Shown here piece by piece: positions 36,719 through 48,994 of a stretch of 64,000 nucleotides of DNA. Origin of the DNA: Malacoraja senta (lineage: Eukaryota). A model generated the notes under the pieces. That model was not told the origin of the DNA and did not search any database. It was given only the letters and a program-made list of their open reading frames with translations. A program made the position numbers and the translations under genes. Numbering within the stretch: position 1 is the first letter of the stretch; the number at the start of each line of letters is the position of its first letter. The DNA is taken from the NCBI GenBank assembly GCA_038087875.1, contig CM075995.1, positions 3,598,001-3,662,000 of the forward strand, written 5' to 3'.

Positions 36719-37137
36719 TGATCAGGTATTCTGTCCAACTTTTTTGCTCCTGCAGCAAAAGGTATCAAGTGACTTAAGCATAAAACCGCAGACAAATCCT
36801 CCTCTAAATGAAAAATGACTACGGAAACATTTTTAATTAGTGCCAGTATGGTAACAATCCCTTATGTAAACATTTGTTGTGGTGGAGAAGATGATATCTG
36901 TGCAAATGCCACGAGGCTTCAGCTAAAGGGGTCAGTAATAATAATTTACTAATTGTTTCTTGAAGTATCTACCAGCTTATCTCTTTTTCCAAGTATAGTA
37001 TCTGCCTTCACGCAAATTCTGTACACAGCTTGTCCTTTCACAGGGAGACAATGAACAAACTCAGACGTAATGAGTACCAGATTTTTTTGTGAGTCTCATG
37101 TTAGAACAACGTTACTGTGATACAAGTGTCATACTCG

Positions 37138-37575
37138 TGGTATGAACATTGATTTCTCTAACTCCAAGTAACCCTTGCTTTCCCTCTCTGTCCGTCTCTC
37201 CCCCACCCTAGTTCTCCGACTAGTTTCACTGTCTTCCTGATTAATTTTACTGATTGTATGCCTTGTTGTCACCTTCCCCTCAGCCAACTATGAACCATTC
37301 CAAAGATAGACACGAATGCTTGAGTAACTCAGTGGGACAGGCAGCATCTCTGGAGAGAAGGAATGGGTGACGTTTTGGGTCGAGACCAGACTTCTATATC
37401 CTTGAGCATTGTCTGCTTTGATCTGTCGTTTTCACAACTTACCCATCCATATCTCTAGACTCCCTGTCCCGACTCTCCGTCTGAAGAGGGGTCTCGAACC
37501 GAAACGTCACCCATTCCTTCTCTCCAGTGATGCGGCCTGTCCCGCTGAGTTATTCCAGCATTTTGTGTCTATCGT
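37138..37575 (+). mobile_element. Penelope-like 3' fragment with an internal inverted pLTR piece
   Basis: GMNIDFSN ORF end, then pLTR with hammerhead motif; inverted piece 37303-37388. Confidence 0.75.
37479..37510 (+). ncRNA. Minimal type I hammerhead ribozyme motif (Penelope pLTR)
   Basis: GT-CTGAAGA-GGGGTCTCGAACC-GAAAC-GTC-AC. Confidence 0.6.
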
Positions 37576-37653
37576 TAGTGTTATACAAGATGCACTTTAT
37601 GATTTAAAAGATATACGAGCTCTGTTTTTTCTAGACAACTAGATCAACAATAA

Positions 37654-40600
37654 AATAGTAAGATTAAACGAGAACTTACCAGTTTGAAGTTTGATCTTTA
37701 TTTTATGAGGAGTTACGTTGGCGATTACGTGAAGAAGACCCATCAGGGCGCCTGCGCGTCAATCTTCAAAGCAGCGGTGCGAAATCACAAAACACCAATA
37801 ACGAAGTAACATAGTAAAAATGAGTAAATTTTAGAACTTCCAGCTGACCTTTATGAAAGAGGGTTGGGCGTGGTGGGCACGTAATCACCAACGTAACTCA
37901 TAAAATAAAGGTCAAACTTCAAACTGGTAAGTTCTTGTTTAATCTTACTATTTTACTTCGGAGTCACGTGAGTGACTACGTGAAGACTTTAAAGCTTTGT
38001 GATTTCATGTCGCAGATTCAAATCCCCGCTTCTCACTGCATTGATTGACTCGGAACGAGAAATAATCAATAATGCATTAATGACATTTGCATGTAAAATG
38101 CAGTAATTCATTTATTTGAATAATAGAATTAACAGTATCCCCTTTAACCCAGGGGAATTTAAGCAGAACTTAATATAGTATCTGCAAACAGCCCCGTATT
38201 GGCAATAGGCCGATGGTAAAAGTGTTGAAACACCAACTTATTAGATCACCCGGCGGCTGTGAGAATATTGTCGACGGGATATTGTCAACATCCTTCGCCC
38301 TGGCCGCCGATGTTGCTGCTAAATCGAATGGGATGTAAAAACATCAACGTTCACACCTGCAGCAACCAAGACTTGTTTTAACCATCTTGAAATAGTCTGA
38401 ACTGACGCTATCTTGTATGTTTTTTCGTGAATGATAAACAATCTTGTTTTCATATTTCATAAGACCTTTGTAGCCTCAATGTATTGCAACAAATATGTCT
38501 TAACACATAGACGGATCCATGGAATATGCTAATAAAACATCCTTGAATCCTGTCACACCTGACCCTACTTCATTTGAGTAGGTCATAAATGTAAAACATA
38601 ACATTATCCTGAGGTACTTCCATCCTGTGTATCTGTAACTTTTGTAATGTCTGCACTCTCTGTGCTTGTTACAAGTGCCATAAGCATGACTACCTTCATG
38701 CTGAATTTGGCCAAAATCAGAATCGTACCAAGAGTCCATTGATGAAGTAGCTTATAACCACTCTATATTCCAGATTGCCATACCTAGGTTTAGAAGGTCT
38801 GGAATTAAAATTCCTTTCATTAATCTGGAATGAAAGAATGAGACTCAACAGGATGTCTTTCCGACCCCATCAATAAAAAACAAGGACAATGTACTTCCGG
38901 CTGAATAAATCGCACTATAACTCAACCCCACGTAATAGAGTGTTGAGAAAACCTAAGACATTTGAGACATGTGCCGTAAACATTCAATATCCTTTTGTAC
39001 ACAGAAAATTTCCCATTCTTTACATAATGGGAAAGCAGCATTTACGGAGTCACAACCTCAGATTCGCAAATGTACTGCTTTTGAGTGCTCTTCCGCCAGA
39101 CTGCTGTAAGCATGTCCACAGTATGCCCAGACAATCCTCTTTTTAAAACCTGCAAATTAACAGATCCATACAGGCATATAACAGATGTTACTCTTCAATT
39201 ATCAGATACACCAGTAAATCCCTTCTTTTGGGAACATTTATCAGAAACTGTATCATTAATTCCAACATCAAAGGAAACCATGGCTGCGTAGACCAGTCAT
39301 GCTGCCTCTGGGGTACCACCAGTACCCCAGAGGCAGCATCCTGCTTCATTTTAAGCAGACAGAATGATGGAAAATGCATATAAAAACATACCACCCTTAT
39401 GTAGCGAGAAAGCATCAATCGCTACTGTAGTTCCCATAACACATATCTCTGTAACTGGTGATTGAGTCTGGATGGAAACAAGTCGTATCTGGCTTCCCAA
39501 ATCTGACTACTATACTGAATCTACCTGGTAGATAAATAGCTGAAACCAAATATTTGTCAACACACCAAGCCCAGATTTGATTAGCCAATTTGTCACATGA
39601 CACTGACTTAATTCCACCCATACGATTAATACATGCCATTGCTGTAGTATTGTTAATTTGAAGCTGAACATGCAGATTAGTTGTATTAACAACAAGCTTG
39701 GAGCTCATAAGCCTTCCAACAGCTGTAAAACATTGATTCTCCATGTCTGCAAAAATAATGCCTCTTCCATATTCCATCTGTCCACAGATGGATACCATTT
39801 CAGTGGCACCAATCCTAGGGCACTGACATCAGTCTGAAAGACCATGGAAGGCTGTTCAATCAGTATCTTGCTCGAACTACTGGAGACATGTTAAATCCAC
39901 CACTTCAAATCAGAAGCAGCATTTGTTGTTTAACTGCATGGCCTATATAAATGGCCACCATGCATCTTAGTGCCTTTTCTTTTTGCCATCTGTAGCTGCT
40001 GGTAGTGCAATGGCCCATATTGTATTGCTGGAAATAACACTAAATTTCCTAGCAAGCTGGCCACATGTCTTAATTGAAGATTGTTGCTTTTTCAACAGCT
40101 TAATGCAACCATCAATCAGCTCTACCCTTTACCATGGGTAAAATTACTACCATGTCAATTGAATTAATTGTGAAATTAAAATAATCAATTGTTGTAAGTG
40201 GCGTTAACCTTGATTTCTCTGGATGAATTAAACCCAAAACTTTCAAAAGTGGATTGAACAATTGAGAGAGATAACTCATTAATTCTCTTGTTCGTCCTAA
40301 TTAGGACATCATCCAGTTAAGCCATCAACATCTGTCCTTGGACTCTAATTAGCCCCAAAATTGGTTTTACCAATTTAGTGAAATTCTAGGAACTGAAGTT
40401 AACCCATTAGACAGAACTTTGAATTGCCATAATTGTTTCATTCAGATAAATTTCAAATATTTTTATCTTACAAATGAACAGACACTGAGTAATATACATC
40501 TTTCAGATCTATAGGTGCCATGTGCCATGTAACATCTTTTGAAATAAGTTGTTTGGCAGTCTCAAAGTCTCCATTTTGAAGTGTCTATACTTCACAAAAT

Positions 40601-42379
40601 TTTAATGACTAAAATACTCCTCACCTTTTTAGGTCGAGAAAATTTTAACACGATTTGGTGGTTTTGATAAACCGACCTTTCAATTACTTGTTTATAGACA
40701 CGTTTTCAAATTCAGTTTGAATCTCCATCACTTCTTTTTGTGAAATTGGAGTGTTCTGCTAGGAACATGCTGGATGGCAAATCACTATTTGGATCGAATC
40801 AATTCGAAACCTTTGAATAATACTCAGAATAATGAATCTGAAGTAATTTGCTTCCAATATTTGGCTGTTTTTGCCTTAATATCTTCCCATGAGAACCAGG
40901 TCCACCTATTTCCTTTGTCACCTGAGTGACCTGTGGTCCCTGGCTCCTGGCAGGAAACACCCACGCTTTTTTGTGTTCCCGCTGCAGGACGCCAACTGCG
41001 CCCCTGCTTCAATGGTCGACTTGTTCCTGATGTAGGCCCAGGATTCGGTATGATGTCTGAAAGGATACCTCCTCTTCACAGACTTGCCGACCATCGATGT
41101 TTTGATCAACCTTGCTGTTTTTGCCTCATCATCCAACTCTTTCCCACGTTTCGTGAGGTTTTTTCTCTGAAGAGTAAGTTGAGTGACTACACATTGCTGG
41201 GCTTTACAGAGTTGCTGCAACTTGGGGTTGATGGTGGGCCGAATGGCATACTTCCTGAAACAATTCATCTCGAAGTGGGCGCTACATAGCAACCCTAGTG
41301 CCACTTGATGTATCTCCATCCCTGGCCTCCATCCAATGTTCTTGCAAAAATGCAGTTGTTCCTCAACCCAGCAGCTTCAATATTCTCTGCAGTTTTATTT
41401 CTTAGGCTCACATGCCCTCGCCCATCTGACCCCTTATTCTTGGTTCACTGCTAGTACTTTCAGCAATACGCAGTTCCTTGGGGTCTCGTGCTTTTTTGGC
41501 ATTTTCATCCATCGTAAGCTACTGGAGCTGATGGAAGACACAATAGTTGATCGTAGAGGCCACTTCTTCTCCCAGTGGCTCTCCTGACTCTGACGGGGCA
41601 GCGAATCATACTGCCTGGAGTAGAACATCTGGCAGCTGCCGTCTTCGCTTGTATTGGCCTCACCGTCAGACTCAGGGTCAGAACTCTCACAGAGCAGCGA
41701 ATCGTACTGCCAGAAATAGAACATCTGGCAGCTGCCGTCTTCGCTTGTATCGGAAAACTCTGCTGACCCTGTGCACGCGCCTCATCAATGAGGGTGCTCT
41801 CAAACAGCCCTTTGCTAGGTGCTGCTGACCTGGCTTCTGGAGCCTGGCTTTGGTTACTCTTCCCTGAGTGTGCGTTGCTCATGTAACCTGTGTAACAGGC
41901 TCTCCATTTGAGAAATCCGCTCAAAAGCGGTATCCAGCCTTGGAGTCGAATCCTCCTGATTGGACTCCTCCTCCGTGGGCCTGATGGACTTGTACTTAGC
42001 CTTGCGCCCCACTGGCGCTGACTGTGTTCTTTTAAGACCCAAGTCCGCAGTCGCTACGCTCCCAGCCGGCGACTGTACAGGGGTCTGAGGCAGCTCTTCG
42101 CCGACCGCAATCTCGCGACTTTCCACCGGCTTTGCCGCTCGCCTCTTCCCCTTGCCCGTTTTGTCCATGGCACCTGTGGAAAAATCCCCACAGACCCACA
42201 GCAAACGGACCCGGAAACTTCTGAAAAAGTTATTTACTTACCATGTAATTCAAACTACATTTCGACTAGAGGAGCGCTGCTCCTCACGTCCGTTCACGCT
42301 AATGCGGCTGACGTAATGACGCGCAGGCGCCCTGATGGGTCTTCTTCACGTAGTCACTCACGTGACTCCGAAGTAAAAT
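37654..42379 (-). mobile_element. DIRS1-type retrotransposon (copy B, degraded, different subfamily)
   Basis: Termini and ICR (37878-37985) similar to copy A; ITR 37728-37761 vs 42317-42350; decayed gag (ATG 42168), RT (MA*LDDVL ~40300-40325), RH/MT (39188-39798) and YR (~38160-39150). Confidence 0.9.
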
Positions 42380-42733
42380 TTATATTGATCTATCACATTC
42401 TGAGTTGAGAGATTTTCCTAGCACAAAAATAGAGCCAGAATTAAATAATGTCCACCTGATAACGTTTATAATAAAATAATAAATACGTTGTGTATTGTGG
42501 GAACTAACCCAATCTTTGTCCGCAGACAATATTTCACAATAAAACATGAAAATTTTGATTGCCTCACGGACCGAATAACTCTCCCACATGTCCAATTTTC
42601 TGTGGATAAATGACCTGACTTTTTTAAACTTCATTTATCATCCTGTTATTCTCTCCTTAAATTATAATAGAAAATAGTTGCATAATAGGAATGAGCCATG
42701 TTGAAACATTAAACACAATACATAGAACAGTCT

Positions 42734-43127
42734 TAGGCCCCTTTCGGTCATGGCTGACCATGGGTGTCTCCAGGGTGCTATTCCCAATTTAGAGGACGCC
42801 TGTGCGTGACTTTGTTTAATGTGGGGAGACTGGTTCACAGGCAGATCTGGGTCAGGATCCAGTGGCATGGAGTTCAAGACGACCGGGTACCCTTTTCTGC
42901 TGCAGCCTTCTTCCGCCATCCCAGCCGTTGTGATGCTCCACTAAGGTCAGCCATCGTCCTCCGCCTGTTCCACTGTTGGGGTCTTGGTTGGATTGCTCTT
43001 TGTCAGAGACCTCCCCCTCGACCTGACCGCCATGGGTGGCCCTACCAGGAGCATAGCTTCAGACGGCATCGCTCTCAGGATCTCAGGTCCACACAAGCTT
43101 CTCCACCACGATAAGGTGACAATCCAC
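42734..43127 (-). mobile_element. Bipartite RTE-derived non-autonomous element
   Basis: Same body as 5205-5610 but 3' end CACCCATGGTCAGCCATGACCGAAAGGGGCCTA. Confidence 0.65.
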
Positions 43128-43134
43128 AGAGAAC

Positions 43135-43565
43135 AAGGTAGACACAAAATGCTAGAGTAACTCAGCTGGACAGGCAGCATCCCTGGAGAGAAGGAATTGG
43201 TGACATTTTGGGTCGAGACCCTTCTTCAGACTGATGGAAGGAATGCGCGACATTTCGGGTCGAGACCCTTCTTCAGTTTGAAAAAGGATCTCGACCCAAA
43301 ATGTCACCCATTCCTTCGCTCCAGAGATGCTGCCAGTTCCACTGAGTGACTCCAGCATTTTGTATCTACCTTATTCTCTGTGGTTTGTCACCTTGTCGTG
43401 GTGGATAAGCTTGTGTAGACCTGAGATCCTGAGAGCTGAGATCCTGTCACGCATTCCTTCCATCAGCCTGAAGAAGGCTCGACCCGAAACGTCACCCATT
43501 CCTTCTTTCCAGAGATGCTGCATGACCCGCTGAGTGACTTCAGCATTTTGTGTCTATCTTCGCTT
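43135..43565. mobile_element. Complex Penelope pLTR cluster (tandem and inverted units)
   Basis: Four CTGAAGA..GAAA-type motifs in both orientations. Confidence 0.7.
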
Positions 43566-43769
43566 TAAATCTTATCTTACACATAGAAAAAGGAACTGTA
43601 CAGCAGAGAGACAGGCTCTTTTCCTACAATCTCCATGACAAACATCTTGCTGAATTAAACTACTTTCCTCTGCCTGCACATGGATATTCTCCCCATATCT
43701 ATTTGCCTATCTAAAAGCCTCTTAAACGCCACAGTCTTAATTGACCACGTGAAGTGGACGACTTTACAG

Positions 43770-44072
43770 TGGTGTGGAAGCGCACACCTCCAGATTCGGC
43801 AACAGTTTCTTCCCAGCTGTTATCAGGCACTGCATCATCCTACCACAACCAGAGAGCAGTCCTGAACTGCTATCTACCTCATTGGTGACTCTCGGACTAT
43901 CCTTGATTGGACTTTACCTGCTTTACCTTCAAGTAAACGTTATTCCCTTATCATATATCCACACAATGTAAATGGCTCAATTGAAATCATGTATTGTCTT
44001 TTCGATAAATGGTTAGCACGCAACAAAAGCTTTTCACTGTACCTTGGTGCACATGACAAACAACTAAACTGA
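43770..44072 (+). mobile_element. Rex1/Babar-type LINE 3' end
   Basis: HTSRF.NSFFPAVIR; terminal stem-loop. Confidence 0.75.
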
Positions 44073-44140
44073 AATCATTAAAACTGAATTTCTGTGATAT
44101 TGGAAAACCAAAATTATATGATGTTTAGTGTCACTAACAG

Positions 44141-45172
44141 TAGGTATGTTACAAAACTTACCTTCAGCGGCGCTGCAGTTCTGTCACTGCCCGTGTGCGC
44201 GACTTTGGGGCCTTTGAGAGGGGGGCGGGTTTAAAATGCGATATTTCGGCAGCCTGTTCTAAACGATCTTGAACAGGCTAAATAGTTGATGAAGAAAAAT
44301 CGCTTTGACTGCCGTTTTATTAAGTTTATTAAAATGAGCACATTATAATTTAATTGTTGGAGTAAAATTAAAATCATCTTCAAATGCCGTCAACGCCGAC
44401 AACGGGACGGATTTCACGCACGGGACAAGGCAAGTTACTCCGTTTATTTTTTTCATATAAACTTGCTTCTTAGGATGCCTTTAATAAAAATTTCAAGTTG
44501 CGAAAATGTGATTATTTAAATATACCAACCGGCAATATTTTTCCTGCCGATATTGGGGTTTAATTCAGTGCAACCGCAGCGTTCCAAACCAGCGCATTCC
44601 ACAAAATCCCACTCGCAAGATGATTTAAATGGCCATTAATTTACAGGAATTAAACACGAAATTCCTTCCATTTGGCCTATAAATTAATGACAATAAGATT
44701 TTAAAATAATGTTATATTGTGAATTCTTGTGTGAATGTTATTTGGACACTTAGGCTTTTTAAAAATGTTAACTTTTTCTTAAGAAATGGATAGATATTTA
44801 GATCTAGTAATTGAATTTTGTAATTAGCTACAATTGGGTAACTAACTAATTATATGCTTTAATTTCAGGTCATCCAAGTAAGATTGTTTCATATTTGTTT
44901 CAGAATGCTTCAATCTATAATAACTGAACATTTCATAAAGTTCTCTTAATTTTTAAGAAAGTTATGGGCTTTTGACTGTCCTTGAGTTAAGTCAATGGAA
45001 AAGCAATAGGGAACAAGATGCTAATTTCCGAGTATGAAAATAGCCATAACTTTTATATTACTGAAGATATGAAAGTGAATTAGGTGTCAAATTAAACTTC
45101 TTTTTATGCTTTATCTGATGGGATAAATTGCAGACTTGATTTTTAAAATCTCAAAATTTTGTAACATTGCTA
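44141..45172. mobile_element. Non-autonomous TIR DNA transposon (hAT-like, 7-bp TSD)
   Basis: TIR TAGGTATGTTACAAAA / TTTTGTAACATTGCTA; TSD CTAACAG (44134-44140, 45173-45179); paralogous empty site near 24797. Confidence 0.8.
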
Positions 45173-45194
45173 CTAACAGATGGCCAAGAAATTC

Positions 45195-45935
45195 AAGATA
45201 CAAGATTCAAGATTCAATTTAATTGTCCCCTGTACCAATTAAGGTACAGTGATATTTGAGTTACTATACAGCCAGACGAAGTAAGAAGCAAAAATACACA
45301 CAGCACATAAATTAAAGTTTAACATAAACATCCACCACAGTGGAATCAACATTCCTCACTGTGATGGAAGGCAATAATGTTCAGTCATCTTCCTCTTTTG
45401 TTCACCCGTGGTCAGGGCCTTTGAACGGGGCCGTTGCCGACGGTCCGCTGTTCAAGCCCTCTCGTCGGTATGATCGAAACTCTGGCGTTGGGATGGATCG
45501 GAACACTCCGCGGCATGGAGCTCCTGAGTCAGCCGCTTCTTACCGGAGACCGCTGCTTCATGGTGTTAAAGTCCACAGGCACCGCGGTCGGAGCTCCAAC
45601 ACTGGCGATCCTTGGCAAACGATCCCAGGCTCCGCGATGGTAAGTCCGCACCGCACCCGCAGCTTGAAGCTCCGGGCCGGTCTCCAGGAAAGGCTGCACC
45701 ACTCCACGTTGTAGGCCACAGGGGGGGGAGGGAGATGCGACACGGAGAAAAATCGCATCTCCATCGAGGTAAGTGACTGGAAAATGTTTCCCCCGAACCC
45801 CCGAACCCCCACCCCCCACCTAAAACATAACAAGAGACATTAAAACAAACATTCAAGCCATACTTAAAATAATAAAACAGAGAAGGGACAAGACAGACTG
45901 CTGGCAAGGCAGCCATTACGGGTGCCACCCAGTGG
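45195..45935 (-). mobile_element. GC-rich non-autonomous retroposon with Rex1/L2-type 3' end
   Basis: (TTGAATC)n tail, terminal stem-loop; shares TTGCCTTCCATCACAG with 60297-60752. Confidence 0.55.
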
Positions 45936-46087
45936 TAAGACCGGGTACCAGATACTTACCACTGGTTATGAAGCGTGCACCGAAAGCTTTTCACTGTACC
46001 TCGGTACACGTGACAATAAACTAAACTGATCTGAACCAGCACAAAGGAAATTCTAGCTGCTGTCCTAGCTGCAATTTATCTTCAGGC

Positions 46088-46330
46088 CAAAGGTAGACAA
46101 AAATGCTGGAGAAACTCAGCGGGTGAGGCAGCATCGATGGAGCGAAGGAATAGGTGACGTTTCAGGTCGAGACCCTTCTTCAGACTGATGTGGGGTTGGG
46201 GGGGCGGGAAAAAGAAAGGAAGCGGAGACAGTGGGCTGTGGGAGAGCTGGGAAGGGGAGAGGACGGAGGGAGAAAGCAAGGACCACCTGAAATTGGAGAG
46301 GTCAATGTTCATACCACTGGGGTGTAAACA
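46088..46330 (-). mobile_element. Penelope-like 3' fragment
   Basis: GMNIDLSNF ORF end plus pLTR. Confidence 0.75.
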
Positions 46331-46684
46331 TCATTACATTTATTGTCTACTAGTTATTTGTTTTTTTTTTATGTTCATAAGTTATAGGAGCAGAATTAGG
46401 TCATTTGGCCCATCAGGTCTACTCCGCCATTCAATCATGGCTGATCTATCTTTCCCTCTCAATCTGTAACCCTTGACACCCGTACTAATCAAGAATCTCT
46501 CAATCTCCTCCTTCAAAAGCAATGAATTCCACAGATTCATCACCCTCTAACTAATGATATACCTCATCTCCTTTCTGAAGGTTTTTTTTATGGGACCTTG
46601 CTGTGTTCTTGGCTAATATCTTTCCTAAGGTTACAAGGGGCGGCACAATGGAGTAACAGAGACCCTGGTTCGATCCTGACTATA

Positions 46685-47950
46685 GATACATAGATAAATA
46701 GAAAATAGGTGCAGGAGTAGGCCATTCGGCCCTTCGAGCCTGCACCGCCATTCAATATGATCATGACTGATCATCCCACTCAGTATCCCGTACCTGCCTT
46801 CTCTCCATACCCCCTGATCCCTTTAGCCACAAGGGCCACATCTAACTCCCTCTTAAATATAGCCAATGAGCTGGCCTCAACTACCCTCTGTGGCAGAGAG
46901 TTCCAGAGATTCACCACTTTCTGTGTGAAAATGTTTTTTCTCATCTCGGTCTTAAAGGATTTCCCCCTTATCCTTAAGCTGTGACCCCTTGTCCTGGACT
47001 TCCCCAACATCAGGAACAATCTTACTGCATCTAGCCTGTCCAACCCCATAAGAATTTTGTACGTTTCTATAAGATCCCCTCTCAATCTCCTAAATTCTAG
47101 CGAGTATAAGCCAAGTCTATCCAGTCTTTCTTCATATGAAAGTCCTGACATCCCAGGAATCAGTCTGGTGAACCTTCTCTGCACTCCCTCTATGGCTATA
47201 ATGTCCTTCCTCAGATTTGGAGACCAAAACTGTACGCAATACTCCAGGTGTGGTCTCACCAAGACCCTGTAGAACTGCAGTAAAACCTCCCTGCTCCTAT
47301 ACTCAAATCCTTTTGCTATGAAAGCTAACATACCATTCGCTTTCTTCACTGCCTGCTGCACCTGCATGCCTACTTTCAATGACTGGTGTACCATGACACC
47401 CAGGTCTCGCTGCATCTCCCCTTTTCCTAATCAGCCACCATTTAGATAATAGTCTGCTTTCCTGTTTTTGCCACCAAAGTGGATAACCTCACATTTATCC
47501 ACATTATACTGCATCTGCCAAACATTTGCCCACTCACCCAACCTATCCAAGTCACCTTGCAGTCTCCTAGCATCCTCCTCACAGCTAACACTGCCCCCCA
47601 GCTTAGTGTCATCCGCAAACTTGGAGATGTTGCCTTCAATTCCCTCATCCAGTTCATTAATATAAATTGTAAATAGCAGGGGTCCCAGCACTGAGCCTTG
47701 CGGTACCCCACTAGTCACTGCCTGCCATTGTGAAAAGGACCCGTTTACTCCTACTCTTTGCTTCCTGTCTGCCAGCCAGTTCTCTATCCACATCAATACT
47801 GAACCCCCAATACCATGTGCTTTAAGTTTGTATACTAATCTCTTATGTGGGACCTTGTCGAAAGCCTTCTGAAAGTCCAGATACAACACATCCACTGGTT
47901 CTCCCCTATCCACTCTACTAGTTACATCCTCGAAAAATTCTATAAGATTC
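46685..47950 (-). mobile_element. CR1 LINE with RT domain (5'-truncated), inserted in a V-SINE (46638-46684 + ~47955-48203)
   Basis: ORFs 47431-48054 ([29 protein letters not shown]) and 46780-47415. Confidence 0.95.
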
Positions 47951-48604
47951 GTGGGTGCTATCTGTGGGTGACTATGGGTGCTATCTGTACCAAGTTTGTT
48001 TGTTCTCCACGTGACCTGCATGGGTTTTCTCCAAGATCTCCAGTTTCCTTCCATACTCCAAAGGTGTACAGGTTTGTAGGTTAATTGGCTTGGTATAAAT
48101 GTAAAATTGTCCCTTGTGTGTGTAGGGGATTGCTGGTCAGTGGAGACTCAGAGGGCCGAAGGGCCTATTTTCGCACTGCATCTCTAAACTAAACTAAAAC
48201 TAAATCAATGTTAAATTGATATAGCTTTTTTCTACTTATTCAAGAAATTGATAATTCAAAGGAAAGAAAATAGCAGTATCGGTTGAAGAGCTTTATTCAT
48301 TTCCTAATTCATTCTTCCTTCATCCATCTGCAGTGCGACTTATTCAGTTAGGTTCATCATAAAAGATTGCATCTGCAAGTGGTAAATTCAGGCAATAATA
48401 CTCCACATGTCCTTGTGTTGCAGATGGTGCAATTAGCACAAGCGGAGAGTCATAAAATTAATTCACTGTTGATAAATAAAACAATGATGAAATATGAACA
48501 TACTGTTTCAATATCGCTATGTTCAAAATATGTTTATATGTGTGGTTTATTGCTAGATAATGGAGGAAATCACAGCTTTAAATGTCTTTACAGGCAGATA
48601 TTGA

Positions 48605-48903
48605 GCGGCACAGTTATGCAGTGGTCGCGTTGCTGCCTTACATCGCCGGAGACCCCGGTTCGATCCTGACTACGGGTGCTGTCTGCATAGAGTTTGTCCG
48701 TTCTCACTGTGACCGTTTTGTTTTCTCCGAGATCTTCCGTTTCCTCCCACATTTCAAAGACGTATAGGCTTGTAGGTTAATTGGCTCGGTATAAATGTAA
48801 ATTGTCCCCAGTGTGTGTAGGATAGTGATCGTTGGTCTGCGAGGACTCGGTGGACTGAAGGGTCTGTTTCCGCGCTGTATCTCTAAACTAAACTAAACTA
48901 AAC
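48605..48903 (+). mobile_element. V-SINE (HE1-like), full length
   Basis: Head, V-domain, (CTAAA)n. Confidence 0.85.
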
Positions 48904-48994
48904 AACAGAGGTTAAATGGCTTCAGTAAAAATTGCCCCTCGTGTATAAGTTGTGGATCTGGGATAACATAGGATTAGTGTAACGGTGATTGTTA

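Noticed and set aside
45340..45928. Overlapping ORFs in the GC-rich element
   Set aside because: Open on both strands because of GC content; no domain motifs
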